Below are positions 13,332 to 27,237 of a stretch of 64,000 bases of DNA, in pieces. Position 1 is the stretch's first letter; each line of letters starts with the position of its first letter. Made by a program: the position numbers and the translations under genes. Under the pieces are notes generated by a model. That model worked only from the letters and a program-made list of their open reading frames with translations, searched no databases and was not told where the DNA came from. The stretch is from the human T2T-CHM13v2.0 reference genome, Homo sapiens: assembly GCF_009914755.1 (NCBI RefSeq), contig NC_060926.1; one strand, written 5' to 3'.

Positions 13332-15149
13332 CCCCAGTTTGCTTCCAGAACTCTTTGACTGTTAATTTCTGCCCTAAATTTTTCTAGTAGGAGATTGTTT
13401 GCATGATATGGTCTTTAAAGAATATTATTTGAAAAGTAAAACTCATATAGATTGTGCACAAGTAGAGCAGCAAAATTATTCCAATGCCAGAAGTTCTGAA
13501 TTGTACCCTAACAGAACAGGAAATGTATAAAGGATTGTTTCCTTGCTAATGTTATCACACATGAACACTTTAGATTATATCATCTGTTCTGAAATACCAG
13601 AGAAAATCATATAGAATGATTTAATGGTTAGTTTGACAGTTTTTCTAAATGCATATATTTTTTAAATTTTCTCTTGAAGAGTTAAAAATATAAAAATATT
13701 TGATAATGTATATGTTCTAAATATATACTAATAGTTTAAACAATTGCAATTTATTAATGTTTTAATTTACACATTATATAATTATGCATATTATTTTCAA
13801 TAAATACTATTTTTAACTTTAAAAATTCAGAGCAAAGACATTTCTATGTAATTATGTACTTATAAGCTTTCTTTTATAAAAGTATATTCATTTGGTACTT
13901 GGGTTTTTTTCTAGTTGTATTTTATAGTCTGCTAGATAAATCCTCATGTTCATTTGTTTCAACAGGGCTTGAATAAAGGTCATTTAAACTGGCTCACCTT
14001 TCTTATCCCCCTGTGCTTTTCCATAATCCCTACTTCCATCGAAAAAGTAGGATAGCTTCTTTCTCAATGTACCTTTTTCAGAATGAGACAATAAACATTT
14101 CATTAAACAAACCTAAGTCTATTGGACTTTAATTCCACACTCCTCTTGTGTTCTGTTTTGTGCATGTGTGAAAATTATTAAGTTATTTTGTAAGCTCTAA
14201 ACAATCTTACTGAACTTGCTAGCTATAAATTATTTTACAATTTTGATACGCAACTGTAGTTGAGCAATGTAATACACATATGTAAACATTTAATATTATG
14301 ATGGCATATTCTTCCAAAAGCAATAGTTTTAATACCATAAACAGAGATCTTCAAGTCAAGTTCCCATTCCCTGCTGAATTCCCTTATTTTTTGACAAGGA
14401 TAATTTTTGGCTAAATTATTTTTCCATAGATATAAAGGCTGAGTTTTTAACTTTTAAATAAAATGACTGCAGGACTTAATGAATAATGAGGTCTTTTTTT
14501 TTTTTTTCACTTTTATACAAGAAAGGAACACAATGCATTTAACTCATGGTACCTATAATGAAATTCTTACTTGGTGCTGTAAGAACAAATATATGCTCTT
14601 ACTTGTTATAAGAACAATACGTGTGCAACTCAAGTAGTTCAGAGACTTTATTAATTATCCACTACAATACTATAATCAACTTTAATGAGGAATTGAAGCA
14701 GGACTAGAATAAGTCATTGTGATCAACCTCCTCAATCTTCTTTATAATCATTAAATTCAATTTCTTGGTCTGGCCCACAAGTTGTAGGCTACTCTCACCA
14801 TGAGCAAAATTTACCTTTTAGCTGAACTGTGTAAAAACGTCCCATGGTGTCAACACCTTACTCAAATCAAAACTATCCGTGTCTGTTCACTTCACTCTTT
14901 TACCCCAGTCCCTGAATGCTGTCTGGTTCCAACTTTACTGACCACAAAATGTTGCACATATGTTTTGTTACTAAGCTACACTGAATGTCACCATTTAATC
15001 CACTGTCACTTACAAAACAATCATCCCCCTCCTCACCTTTGCTAACAGAACTCAGGTTTGTTCACTTTCTTCTGAGCAACCATGTTTTTCAGAGATGAAA
15101 AAATATCCCAATAGAATGAAATGAAAGTAGTCTAAACTAAGTATAGTTG

Positions 15150-15975
15150 GTTTTATAACTCTTATTAAGTTCAGGCCTTTGGGATAGTCCTGGTCAATGA
15201 TACACCAGATGAAATGTCCAGGCTGCTTCCTCCCTAACTGCCTTTACTACAGGAAAGCCATCCCAATCCAGACCCCAAGAGAGGGTTCTTGGATTTTGTG
15301 CAAGAAAGTATTTGAGGTGAGTACATAAAGTAAAGGGAAAGCAAGTTTATTAGAAAAGGAAAGAAACAACAGAATGGCTACTCCATAGAGCAGCCCCAAG
15401 GGCTGCTGGTTGCCCATTTTTTATGGTTATTTATTGATTATAGGCTAAACAAGGGGTGAATTATTCATACCTCCCCTTTTTACACCATACGGAATAACTT
15501 CCTGACTGGCATTTGTAAACTATCATGGCACTGGTGGGAGTGTAGCAGTGAGGATTACCAGAGGTCACTCTCATCGCCATCTTGGTTTTGGTGGGTCTTA
15601 GCTGGCTTCTTTTGCAAGCTATTTTATCAGCAAGCTCATTATGACCTGTCTCTTACACTGACTTGCTACCTCATCCTCTGACTAAGAATGTCCACAATCT
15701 GGGAATGCAGCCCAGTAGGTCTAAGCATCATTTTACCCAGCTCCTATTCAAGATGGAGTTGCTCTGGTTCAAATGCCTCTGACACCTTTGCTAATTGTTG
15801 TATGAATGTGTGATTCTTGAAGCTGCTACAGGCATCTTTTGATACTGAATAGCTAATGCTAACATACAAAAAGATGGAAAGAAAAAACTGTCCTTTATGA
15901 TTTAGTTAAAATGCTGAGTTATATGAAATAATACATTTTCCTTTATAGTTTTATGCAACCAACAACAATCTGATT
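15150..15975 (+). mobile_element. Old MLT1 LTR interrupted by MER41
   Basis: tagtcctggtcaatgatac...[MER41]...tgtgattcttgaagctgctacaggcatctt...aaagatggaaagaa. Confidence 0.5.
15245..15784 (-). mobile_element. MER41A solo LTR (ERV1)
   Basis: Reverse complement starts tgtcagaggcatttgaaccagagcaactccatcttgaatagg and ends ccaagaaccctctcttggggtctggatt...; 4-bp TSD CCTT on both sides. Confidence 0.9.
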
Positions 15976-17399
15976 TATATATAAGCACATACTTCCACAT
16001 TTTACTCAATTTTCAGAGGATGTGCACCTTAGATATTTTATTCTCATCTATTCTCTAATCTAAAAGGTTGACAATTTGAACCAAATTTTTCTGAATTTGT
16101 TTTGTACTCCAGAAATGGAGCATCTATTAGAATTTGCCTGAAAGATATTAAAATATTGATCAAGGAATTCTCTACATTTAAGAAGAATTTAAAGTATTTC
16201 CAGGCAGATTAAGACATAAGTTGCTAGTAACTCTAAAACTAAGACTTTTTTGAGTGTTTCATAACAATGCATAACTACCTTTCAAGTTTCTCCATGACTA
16301 CATCTTTTACACACTAACATTATATACATTTAATTTTACCCTTTACCTAATATGAATTAGTTATTATAGTCCTAATAGATAGCAATGAAAGATCTAAAAT
16401 TAATCCTACTTTTTAGTGACTACATTAGTTTATATATTTTGGGGAAGAAAAGAAATTCAGCGAGTCTGGAAATGATTTATTAAGTATATTTGAAAGTACA
16501 ATGAGTCTCTCAGGCATGTAAAACATTTAATAGCTAAAGCTTCCCAAAATGTGGAACATTTGGCACAGTGATTCTCTGACATGGCTACATATACAAATTG
16601 TGATTAAAGGTTTTGCCGTTGTATTTGTGTTGGTTTATAACTGGAAATTCCAATTTGGAAAATGGAGCTTTGGCATCTGAATTTTAAAAATGATTCTTAG
16701 GTAATTCTGATGTGTATTTCATTTGTGAAACACCTAATAAGCCCACATTAACATTGCAGGGTACTCTATGAGCCAGCAGTGTTGAGTATCAAAAATAACT
16801 ATTTGGAGTAAACAGAAAGGAAAATGACAATATTCTCTAAATAGGTCCCTGAAACTAAACTCAGGAAAGCTAGTTTTATTTTCTTATTTGTTTTATTCTG
16901 GCTTTTGTTTGTTTTATCAATGACATGTATATGTTCATTTTGGTGGGTTTCACAGGTCTGATTTTTTTTTTTCTTTGCTTCTTGGGGAGGAAATGATTGA
17001 AAATATCTACTACCAAACCCCATAATTTCTCAAGACAAAACTTTTGTTTTTTTACCACTAGTTCTACTGATTGTAGTTTTATTTTGGTGAGGGGTAAAGA
17101 TGAAAACAAATAAGTAGGGCATAATATTTAATTTATTGGTTTTGCTTAAATAAAGTGACAAAGGCTGAAGCATGTGGGTGATAGCTTTAGAAAATAAAAA
17201 GGGTATCTAGGAACTAGACCTTACAGAGGGTCCAGCTAATCTCTGATTTCAGAATAGTCTATGCTGCTGGGTGGAAAAGTGGGCCCCACCTTGTTTCTAG
17301 ATTACTGGCTATGCTTGCCAAAAGAGTACGTTGTTTAGCTATTGACTTTAAAATACACTAATATTTAGAAACAAATTAGTACATTCAAGAGATATTTCC

Positions 17400-18200
17400 T
17401 CAAAATAGAAGAAAACACTAAATAGATCAATGTATAAACTAATAATTGCTATTACTATAAGAAGTTATCGTGGAAAGTTAAATCTAGTTGCAGGAAGATG
17501 GAAAAGCTTTCTGTAAGGAGCTGATAAGTAACCCAATATGTGAAGGATGAATAGGAGATAACTGGGTAAAGAGAAGGGCAGAGAGTGGGGAAAAGCATGC
17601 CAAGCAAATGCAACAAAGTGCCAAGGCTCTGAGGTAGAGAGGAGCATTGTATACATGAGAACATGGAGAATTGAGGGAAAAACAAAACCGCGAATGGAGT
17701 AACTGGAGATGAATTTCAAAAAGTAACTTTTGAAGCTGTTCATCCAACAGTTTTGGGAAATCATATTGGCTAAAAGAAGCATGTAGATGGGAGGCAGAAT
17801 TAATCTGGGGCGACCAGATTGTAAACCACTGAGGTAGCATTAACTATGATATTAATATTGAATACAGAAGTGCATACAACATAAAATCAGCAAGTGTTCA
17901 TTTAGATTGGATGTGAAGGAGAAGAAGGTATTTTTTTTTCTGTAATTAAATAGGTGTGCCTTTCACTGATCACAGAAGAAGGGCCATATTGGGAAGAAGG
18001 CCATTTTTGGACACATATATTTTTGAGGGACGTTTGAAGTATTAAAGTGGAAATTCCAGGGCAACCTTTAGGGATATATACTTAGAATTCAGAAAAGAGG
18101 GCTGCACTAAAGGCAAAAATCTGGCCAGCAATAGCGTGTCAATCCTAAGTGAGGATGTGGGATTTTTGAGATCGATGGAGTGCCCAGAAGCAGTCAAGGA
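17400..18200 (-). mobile_element. L2 fragment
   Basis: tgaaggatgaataggag, caaagtgccaaggctctgagg, tttttggacac...aagtggaaattccagg are antisense L2 motifs. Confidence 0.7.
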
Positions 18201-18691
18201 TCAAGAAGTTGTGTGAGATTTAAACTTATTAAACATTTATAAGGGTAATGATAAGTTATTGTTTAAGGAGACTCAAATATTCTACATACAAATTCAAGAC
18301 AGATAACTGTATGGTTACCCTAGGCAAAATTACTAACAGAGTCAAAGTAGCCATAATTAGGGACATTTAAAGTATTTAAGTGGAAATTTCAGGGCAACCT
18401 CTAGGGATATATACATAGAATTCAGAGAAGAGGGCTGCACTAAAGGCAAAAATCTGGCCAGCAATAGTGTATCAATCCTAAGTGAGGATGTAGGATTTTT
18501 GAGATCGATGGAGCGCACAGAAGCAGTCAAGGATCAAGAAGTGGTGCGAGATTTAAACTTATTAAACATTTATAAGGGCAATGATAAGTTATTGTTTAAG
18601 AATACTCAAATATTCTACATGCAAATTCAAGACAGATAACTGTATGGTTACCCTAAGCAAAATTACTAGCAGTGTCAAAGTAGCCATAATT
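18026..18691. repeat. 333-bp tandem duplication (2 copies)
   Basis: 18026-18358 aligns to 18359-18691 without gaps; about 21 substitutions by manual count. Confidence 0.97.
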
Positions 18692-19776
18692 AAAAAGTGA
18701 ATGTGGTATTAAATACCTATATTTTCTTACTGCATTATTGGTAACTATGGGTAAGAAGTTGCCTGTTTCCATTATTCTTGTCAGGTCCACTAATTCTTGT
18801 CCCAATTGAGCATACCTACCTGCCTCTTTGCCCTGTGCATGTCTCTGCCTGCCCGTGTTATATAAGCACCTTCCTTTTACTGGAGATGATATATTGGTGA
18901 AAGAAAAATATAATTCTATATGTCTTGAAATGATCTAAGTTCAATCTTCAAAGTAAGATTTTTCCTTTACTACGGAAACTTTTAAAATGATACTTTTATT
19001 GCTTTAGCTATTTCTATTCCAATGTGCAATTTCACAAATTTATGAAATACCATAAATTCTGGAGGTATGACTCTTCATCTATGTCTTTTACCTCCAAGTG
19101 ACTATTCACTTTCATATCACTTTAGAAGTATATACTAATATTTCTCTACAAGGTATCTTACACTCTGTAACTACTGAAGTCTCAATGATTTTAGGTGAGT
19201 ACGTTTATTGTCTAGATTACACATCATTGAAGAGACTTCTTCATTATTCAGAACGTTATCTCTCTAGTGGTTTTCTTTCTCTTATTACCAAATGACCCTC
19301 GAGTTCAGGAAATGAGATTTAATCTCCTACTTGCTATTCAACAGACTGTGAGGTGTTTTTCTATGTAAGTAGAACAGTATATGGCATATAGTAAGTGCTG
19401 AATAACTGTTAGATAAATGAGTGAGCAAATAAACACTTCACAAGCATTTTGGAGTTTGCTGTGGCATCACAGCTAGTTGTATTTGTAAGCAAAACTGCAG
19501 AAAACATAGAAACTGTAATACTCCATGGAAGTAATATTTTCCTGTATACATGTCAATTAGCACAGGGACTTTTTCAGACAATGTCGCCCCTAATGTGTGT
19601 GCAGAATAAAAATATACAACTTTGTGAATCTAATTTTGGTTACTGTGAATCCTAAAAATCCCGTTAGGGATTGTATGGCAAAGAAAATCTCTTTCTACCC
19701 ATTGCTTCTTCAGAAACACATGTGCATTAACCATCACCCACAGTAGTCTAGATGTTAAATTTTCTTTTCCTTCTGG

Positions 19777-20410
19777 TAGTTGATTCTCATTATTCACATT
19801 AATTATGTTCTATAAAATTACCACAAGCACTGAATTAGCTAATAAAGAACCATTGCTCCTGGGGAAAATACGGTTAGGTTTGTCTGGTCACAAATTTCAC
19901 CAATTAATTAATACCTAACCTTGCATTTAAAGATAACTTATCTAATATATACTGTTGATTCAATAACATTGAACTCATATCCAGCAGCCCTATAATGCAT
20001 GTGTGAATGAACTTTACCTAGCACACCAACTTTCTCTGTAGTCACAGCCTTCTTGCACTTAGGAACATTAGACAGAGCTTCAGCACTACGCTTAGAGGCC
20101 ATTTTAAACAGCAACTCACCAACAGAAAGGACAAACAAAAAAAAGTCACACACACAAAAAAACGAAAAAAAAAAAGAAAGAACATTCATGTGCAGTATGA
20201 GAGCAGAAACCACAAGCAGAAGGTCATCTTGTTCTGCTTCAGTTGGGAACTGTGCATCAGGCAAATCACGTTTTTCTCTGCTCTGTGTTTGCTGGATTTG
20301 TTTGCAATGACCTCAAAAACACCCTGAGTAGTGATTTGGGGGTTACAAATAAATTTCAGCAAGCAGGCAAATTTGCAAATTCCAAATGTCCAAATCATGA
20401 AGAATCACCG
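19777..20410 (-). mobile_element. MER82 (TcMar-Tigger) DNA transposon
   Basis: TIR-like ends tagttgattctcatt / gaagaatcaccg-ta; ORF 19938-20264 carries a CENP-B/pogo-type HTH remnant (KKAVTTEKVGVLGKV...YEFNVIESTVY). Confidence 0.85.
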
Positions 20411-20947
20411 TATTTCAGTGGATTGTGAAAGGTATACCTCCCTGAAAACATTTATTGGAGGCCATATTGTTCAAAGACAAGGAAACAGTAACTAATCATG
20501 CACTTCCCAGGTAATAATGAAAAGAAAATGTTTATTAAAGAGGATAGAATAAAACCTAATTCTATGTTGACCCTCAGTAGCTTTATATCAAATTAAGTAA
20601 AACTCAATTACCACTTTAAGGTTTTTCTGAAACAGTCAAACAGAAGGGAAGAAAATTGCTGATTCTTCCCAATAGGTTTCATACTAACCAAACAACTGTA
20701 GGTTTCTACCTTTGTAGATGTTATTATTTTCCCATCTCTTACTATTGAATCACAATGTTTCTTTTAGGATATATGTGTTTTTCAGATATGTTATTAAAAA
20801 GCAAGTATTATATATTTTATATTAACCCTTAAATACACTTAAATGTCAAGCACAATTTTTGAATCCAGGAGAGTATTGACAAATCAGCTAATTCTATCAC
20901 ACATGAGAAAACTGAGGTCAACAAATGTTAAGTGATAAACATGTTCA

Positions 20948-21334
<387 letters not shown>

Positions 21335-22183
21335 TTAAAAAAAATCTTTAGAAAACCATGAATTACATTTAGTTGAGAAGCAGTGCCCAAATGATTAAGA
21401 AGCCAGAAGCAACTCTAAACCTATCAGTCAGCTTTTGAAAGTACACTATGATTCAAATAAATCTCATGATATTCTTTCTTGTTTCCAGATTTTCCACCTA
21501 ACTTTTGTGATTTTTTTTCTCCTTTTCAATGCAATGCACATTTCTCTCAGTTGTATATTTTTAATGCAGAGATTTTGCTTTGATAAAGCACAAACTGGAA
21601 CAAAGCAAGTTGATACTCACTAAAGGATTGAATGTGAAAAATAATCATGAGTGACTGCTTGGTTTATATTGAAAATATACTGAGAATAGAGTTCTACTTT
21701 CAGTACATTATTAATTGCAAGGTGACTCTGAAATAAATACAGGTTTTTTACTTTCTCATTCAGTCCTGTGTTGTTACAAATAAGTTTTTTGACCTTCTGA
21801 TGCATAACAGTAAGTTGCAGTCACATAGAAATTATAAAATATTCTTTAAATTATTGTTACATGGCTAAATGGTAGCATTGATTTAAATAAGATCTTGAAG
21901 TACTTTTATAGGCATATCTGCTTTTTTTTCTTTTTCATCAGCTTTTTAATTCAAATTAATCATTTGAGCCACAACTTACCCAAATTAGTAGAACCTCCAA
22001 TTTCTCATTCCTAAGACCTAAAATAACAACAACAACAAAATGCTGGAGTTTTATTCAGCCCAAAGTCAGGTTTGTTTCCAAAAGATCTGATTGGAGAACC
22101 TTAATAATCTAAAACCAGATACCAATTTTTAGCTCTCCTTGCATCTTTCATTGCCACAGAGGTCACATTTAAAACTAGTTCGG

Positions 22184-22506
22184 GGCTAGGCATGGTGGTT
22201 CATGCCCGTAATTCTACTGTTTTGGGAGGCCAAGGCAGGAGGATCATTGAGGCTGGGAGTTTAAGGACAGCCTAGGCAACATAGTGAGACTCCATCTCTA
22301 CAAAAAAAAAAAAATGTCAAAAAATTGGCCAGGTATGGGTGCACATTCCTGTAGTTCTAGCAACTTTGGAGCCTGAGGCAGGGGGATCACCTCGGCCCAG
22401 GAGTTCAAGGCTGCGGTCAGCTCTGATCATGTCACTGTGCTCAACCTGGGTGACAGAGCAAGACCCTGTTTCAAGAAAAACAAACAAACAAAGAAACAAA
22501 CAAAAA
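22184..22506 (+). mobile_element. AluJ
   Basis: J diagnostics (ggaggatca, caacatagtgagac, aggagttcaaggctgc, agaccctgt); (AAAC)n tail. Confidence 0.93.
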
Positions 22507-23710
22507 CTATATCCCTTCAGAGATCACAGTAGTTAATGAGGAATGTGTCCAGCATTCAGTGAGAGCAATTCAGTTCATATTGTTATGCCCAACCATTGCT
22601 CCCAAATATGGCCTTCCAGGAAGGGTGTCTGACCAAGACAAGAGGAAGCCTTCAGCTTCAGCTATAGGTGGGGACCAACCCACCCCTCCTACACTGTCCA
22701 TCAGTTCTGGATATTAAGTTGAGGATGACAGTTCAGAGACTCTCCTTTCCTTCATGATGCATTCTCTTTCAGTGACCCTGGCATATTTACAGCGAGCAGA
22801 TTTAAGTTATAATCATGTCTCTCCATCAGAGAGATCATAATAACACAGAGATTCAAAAGATTCTACTTTCTTTCCTACTAAAGAAATTATTTTTTTTCAA
22901 TACAAACATAATAAAACAACCATGACAAATCACAAAAGGTCTATCATAGAAGATCTTTAGGATAGTAAGATACACCACTCTTAGAGTTATGCAACAAATA
23001 GGAGCATACCAAATGACTCTCTTGAAAGAAAAGATACACCCTCAGGATAATGTGCATGTCCACCTGCCAGAAAAATTGTAGAACACCTTTAAGTGGCATC
23101 CTTGTGAAGTCCTACCTACCTCAATGTGCTGCTTTTAAAATATTGCTTAATAAATCATATAATGATACAGACACTGAGTTTATCATAACTAAATCTGCTT
23201 TTTCTTTGAAATAGCCCCACCTGGTCTCCTCTTCTACATCTTCCTAATCTTCACTCTAGTCCACATCCTAGTTTTCCTGTATTAATATTTGTTGCTAGTA
23301 TTTGCATTGTTTCATGGTTAAGAAAGCATTTTCACATCCAATCTCCCCATAATCTTCACCGCTAAATTGGGAACATAGAAACAATGAAGCCAAAAAGGCT
23401 TCTACTTCTAGGCAAGATCTGCACACCTATTTACATCTGCAGACATATTTTCTAACCTCCTTACCTAAAAAATTCTAAAATATCTCATAAATGCTTTTTT
23501 AATAATTGAGAAGTATAAGTAAAATGTATATTAACTATAATTTACAATGGAAGATGACATAGATTACTTTGTTGATGAAAAAAGTTGGTTTCTAATTAAA
23601 AACTGAATAATATTTTGAACATTTATAATGTGCTAGACACTTCTATGTTAGTATCCCATTTGATACAATGAGGCCTTCCCTCATTTTATGAGGTCAGAAA
23701 AATTCTCCTG

Positions 23711-24017
23711 TGTGCATCGAAGAAGCAAGCACCCATGAGCTCTACAGAAGCAAGGTAATGCATTTTGCCAACAAGCACATCAACTTAGAGGAATATCCCG
23801 AGCCTGTTATGAATCCGCTACCCAGCCAACACCTTGATGCAGCCTTGTATCTTGAGCCTGTTATGAATCCTCTAACCAGCCAACACCTTGATGCAGCATT
23901 TTGAGGCCCTGAATAGGGGATCCAGGGAGGATGTGCCAGACTCCTGGAACACAAAAACTGTGAGATAATAAATGTGTGTTGTAGGAATTTGTTATGCAGC
24001 AATAGATGACTAATACA
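23711..24017 (+). mobile_element. MLT1 (E/F-like) LTR remnant inserted in an antisense MIR
   Basis: cagccaacaccttgatgcagcc...aactgtgagataataaatgtgtgttgt...ttgttatgcagcaatagatgactaataca; flanked by CCTG(T) direct repeats; MIR pieces at ~23610-23705 and 24018-24090. Confidence 0.8.
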
Positions 24018-24234
24018 CCTGTCAAATTTCAGTGAGTCAGCATTGGAGTCAGAATCTGAAGCCATAGTTGCCAGACCAAGTAGTCTTTCAAATGAATAAT
24101 TAGCATCATTCATATTCAGTAGAAGGATGAAAAGCAAGACAGATGACAGATAGGTAGGTGGACGCATAGATAGATGGACAGATATGATGGATGTTAGATA
24201 GGTGATAGACAAGCTGATAGAAATACAGGGTGTC

Positions 24235-24709
<475 letters not shown>

Positions 24710-25019
24710 TTAAACTCTAGAATATAAAAGAGTACAAAATTACAAGTAATGGATGATGCCTATGAGCACATTATATAATAAATTTGAAAAATGAAGTAGA
24801 AAATAGTGACAATGTCTTTCACTTGACACTTTAAAATAGTGCTTTGAAATCGTAAGCTAATTTTCCTCTAAACAAACATTGTCTTTACATTGTAATTTTG
24901 AAAAGTTTTATCTGTCCTAGGCAGCTGTAATATATTGCTCCTCTTTCCCTCTGAAGTCATTAATTCTTGGCTCTGCTCCTGTGACAGTGCTGCTTGCTTG
25001 TCTGTGGTGCTTATTGAGT

Positions 25020-25250
25020 GTGAGCATAGAATTTGGAGTCTTACAACATACGTTCAAATACTAACACCAAGACTTATTGGCATGTAAACTTGGAGGGTCT
25101 TTTTACCCACCGAAGTTTCAGTTTCTCATTTGTAAAATTGAAATGATAATAAGAGTTACAAGCATTAGATATTGCTATAAATATCAAACCTGATAATGTC
25201 CTGAAATTGCTAAGTATATGTCTTTAAAATCAAATGCTCATAAACAAACT
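25020..25250 (+). mobile_element. MIR
   Basis: tttggagtc...gttcaaatact...ttcagtttctcatttgtaaaattgaaatgataata core. Confidence 0.7.
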
Positions 25251-26546
25251 TCTTTTTGCTTTTTTTTTTAAATCACTGATGGCTACTTAATGTTTAGGCA
25301 CAAGGATTGACAGCAATGTGGTATGAATAACAAGTTATTTTGAACAAGGCATGCTGGTTTCAGTATGAGAAATTATTACACTCCTCAGGTAGATTTCAAA
25401 GATCTCAAGAGCAGATTCATGTTTAACAAACCTCTGCTATGTACTGGGAACAACAGCAGACATAGCAGACATGCACATCTCATGGGTCATCTTCTTAACC
25501 TTCACCCACAGCTCCTGGGATGTGTATTAATATTTCATATTACAAATGGAGAAACTCCTATAGAGGAAAAGCTCCCAATAAGCTAGGACAAAACAAAAGT
25601 ACAAAACAAAAGTACAAAACTAGGTTGTATTTGTTTGTTTCTGTTGTTTACACACAGTGAACAGCATGCCCTCAAGATTTCTTGATCACATCATTCTCAA
25701 AGCAGTATTCCTCAAAATTGTAATGCAAGCAAAGCACTTGAAGCCTTTGCCAGGGTACTGTGAAAAACGTGTTAGATCACTTCTCTGCTGGCAAAACTGA
25801 GCTAGTTGTGCTCAGCACTCAGTTAGTACATAGGCAGCTCTAGAACTTGCTACATCAAGGGTAGGTTCCCAGACCTTTAGACTGGTTCCACGATAGTGAT
25901 GTTTGGATGTTGTACAAAGCAAGCAGAAAAATGTAGTCCAAACAGCTTGTATATATACATAAAATATATATATACACACAGACACATACGCATATACACA
26001 TATGTATTTTTTTAATGTGACTTGAGATATAGAATCACACAATGGGTCTTATGTAATACTCTTACCCATCAACCAAGAAGGAAAAATTGAAATTCAAGTT
26101 CATGTCACTTGTGGGAAGGCTGCCCGAACTTATACTACCTGCATGTCTATAAATCCAAAGACTAGGTCCAGTACTAAATAAATGATTGGCACTCTTGAAA
26201 GAGTAAACGCAAAAGTAGTTTAGGAGTATATTTGGACCACATTGTGTTATCATGGAGTGACTGAGAATGACACACAAAAATACTTAAACCTTAGTATACC
26301 ATGTATCATACCTCAGCAATATTGTGCTTCATAAAATTCTGAGATTGATATGGCTCATGCAACATGGCCTGTGACATATATCCAGGCAAAACTCCATGTT
26401 AGTCTATGCAAAACTTATATAAAAACAGTTATACTTATTTCAGAATGCCTATGACCCAGAGGCTACTATTTGTAATTGTGGCTTTTAGGGGCTAGAAATC
26501 TATTACACCCTTTAAAGAATGTCTGCATTCTTACTATACTAACATA

Positions 26547-27237
26547 CAGACAGTCAGTCCCGAACTTATGATGGTTCAACTTGCAGTTTTTCAACTTTAC
26601 TGTGGTTAGAAAGCCATACACATTCAGTTGAAACTGTCCTTTGAATTTTGAATTTTGATTTTTTTCCAAGCTAGAGATAACGCACTATGATACTCTCTTA
26701 TGATGCTGGGTAGCAGCCTCTAGTCAGCCACATGATCACAAGGATAAACAACTGATACTTGATAACTTCCTGAAAAACACTGCACCCACGAAACCATCAA
26801 GTGTTGATGTCCCAGTGCCCCCATCAGCTATTCTCCGCCTCATCAGAAATGACAGAGATGGATGATCTTGTCATTGTTGCATCCCTATCACTGAGCAATT
26901 AACTTTAGTTCAATGCTTCAAACATTCCTCAGGCCCATTGTGCTTTCTGCTGTGCACATTAATGGTAACTACACATACCACCATTTGTTTTTAAATTTTC
27001 AGTACAGTATTCAATAAATTAACATGAGATATTCAATACTTTGTTGTAAATTAGGCATTGTGTTGGATGATTTCACCCAACCATAAGCTAATGTAAGTGT
27101 TCTGAACACTATTAAGGTAGTCTAGGCCAAGTTTATGCTTGATAGGTTAGGTGTATTAAGTGCACTTTTGACTTAATGATTTCAATGTATTATGGGTTTA
27201 TTGAGATGGAATGCCACAGTAAGTCAAGGAGCAGCTA
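26547..27237. mobile_element. Tigger5/MER47-family DNA transposon derivative
   Basis: TIRs cagacagtc..cccgaacttatgatgg / cagtaagtcaaggagcagcta; TA TSDs at 26545-6 and 27238-9; ggttaggtgtattaa motif. Confidence 0.82.

Noticed and set aside
19938-20264. 108-aa ORF with an HTH-like segment
   Set aside because: Lies inside non-autonomous MER82; no catalytic domain and no sign of domestication
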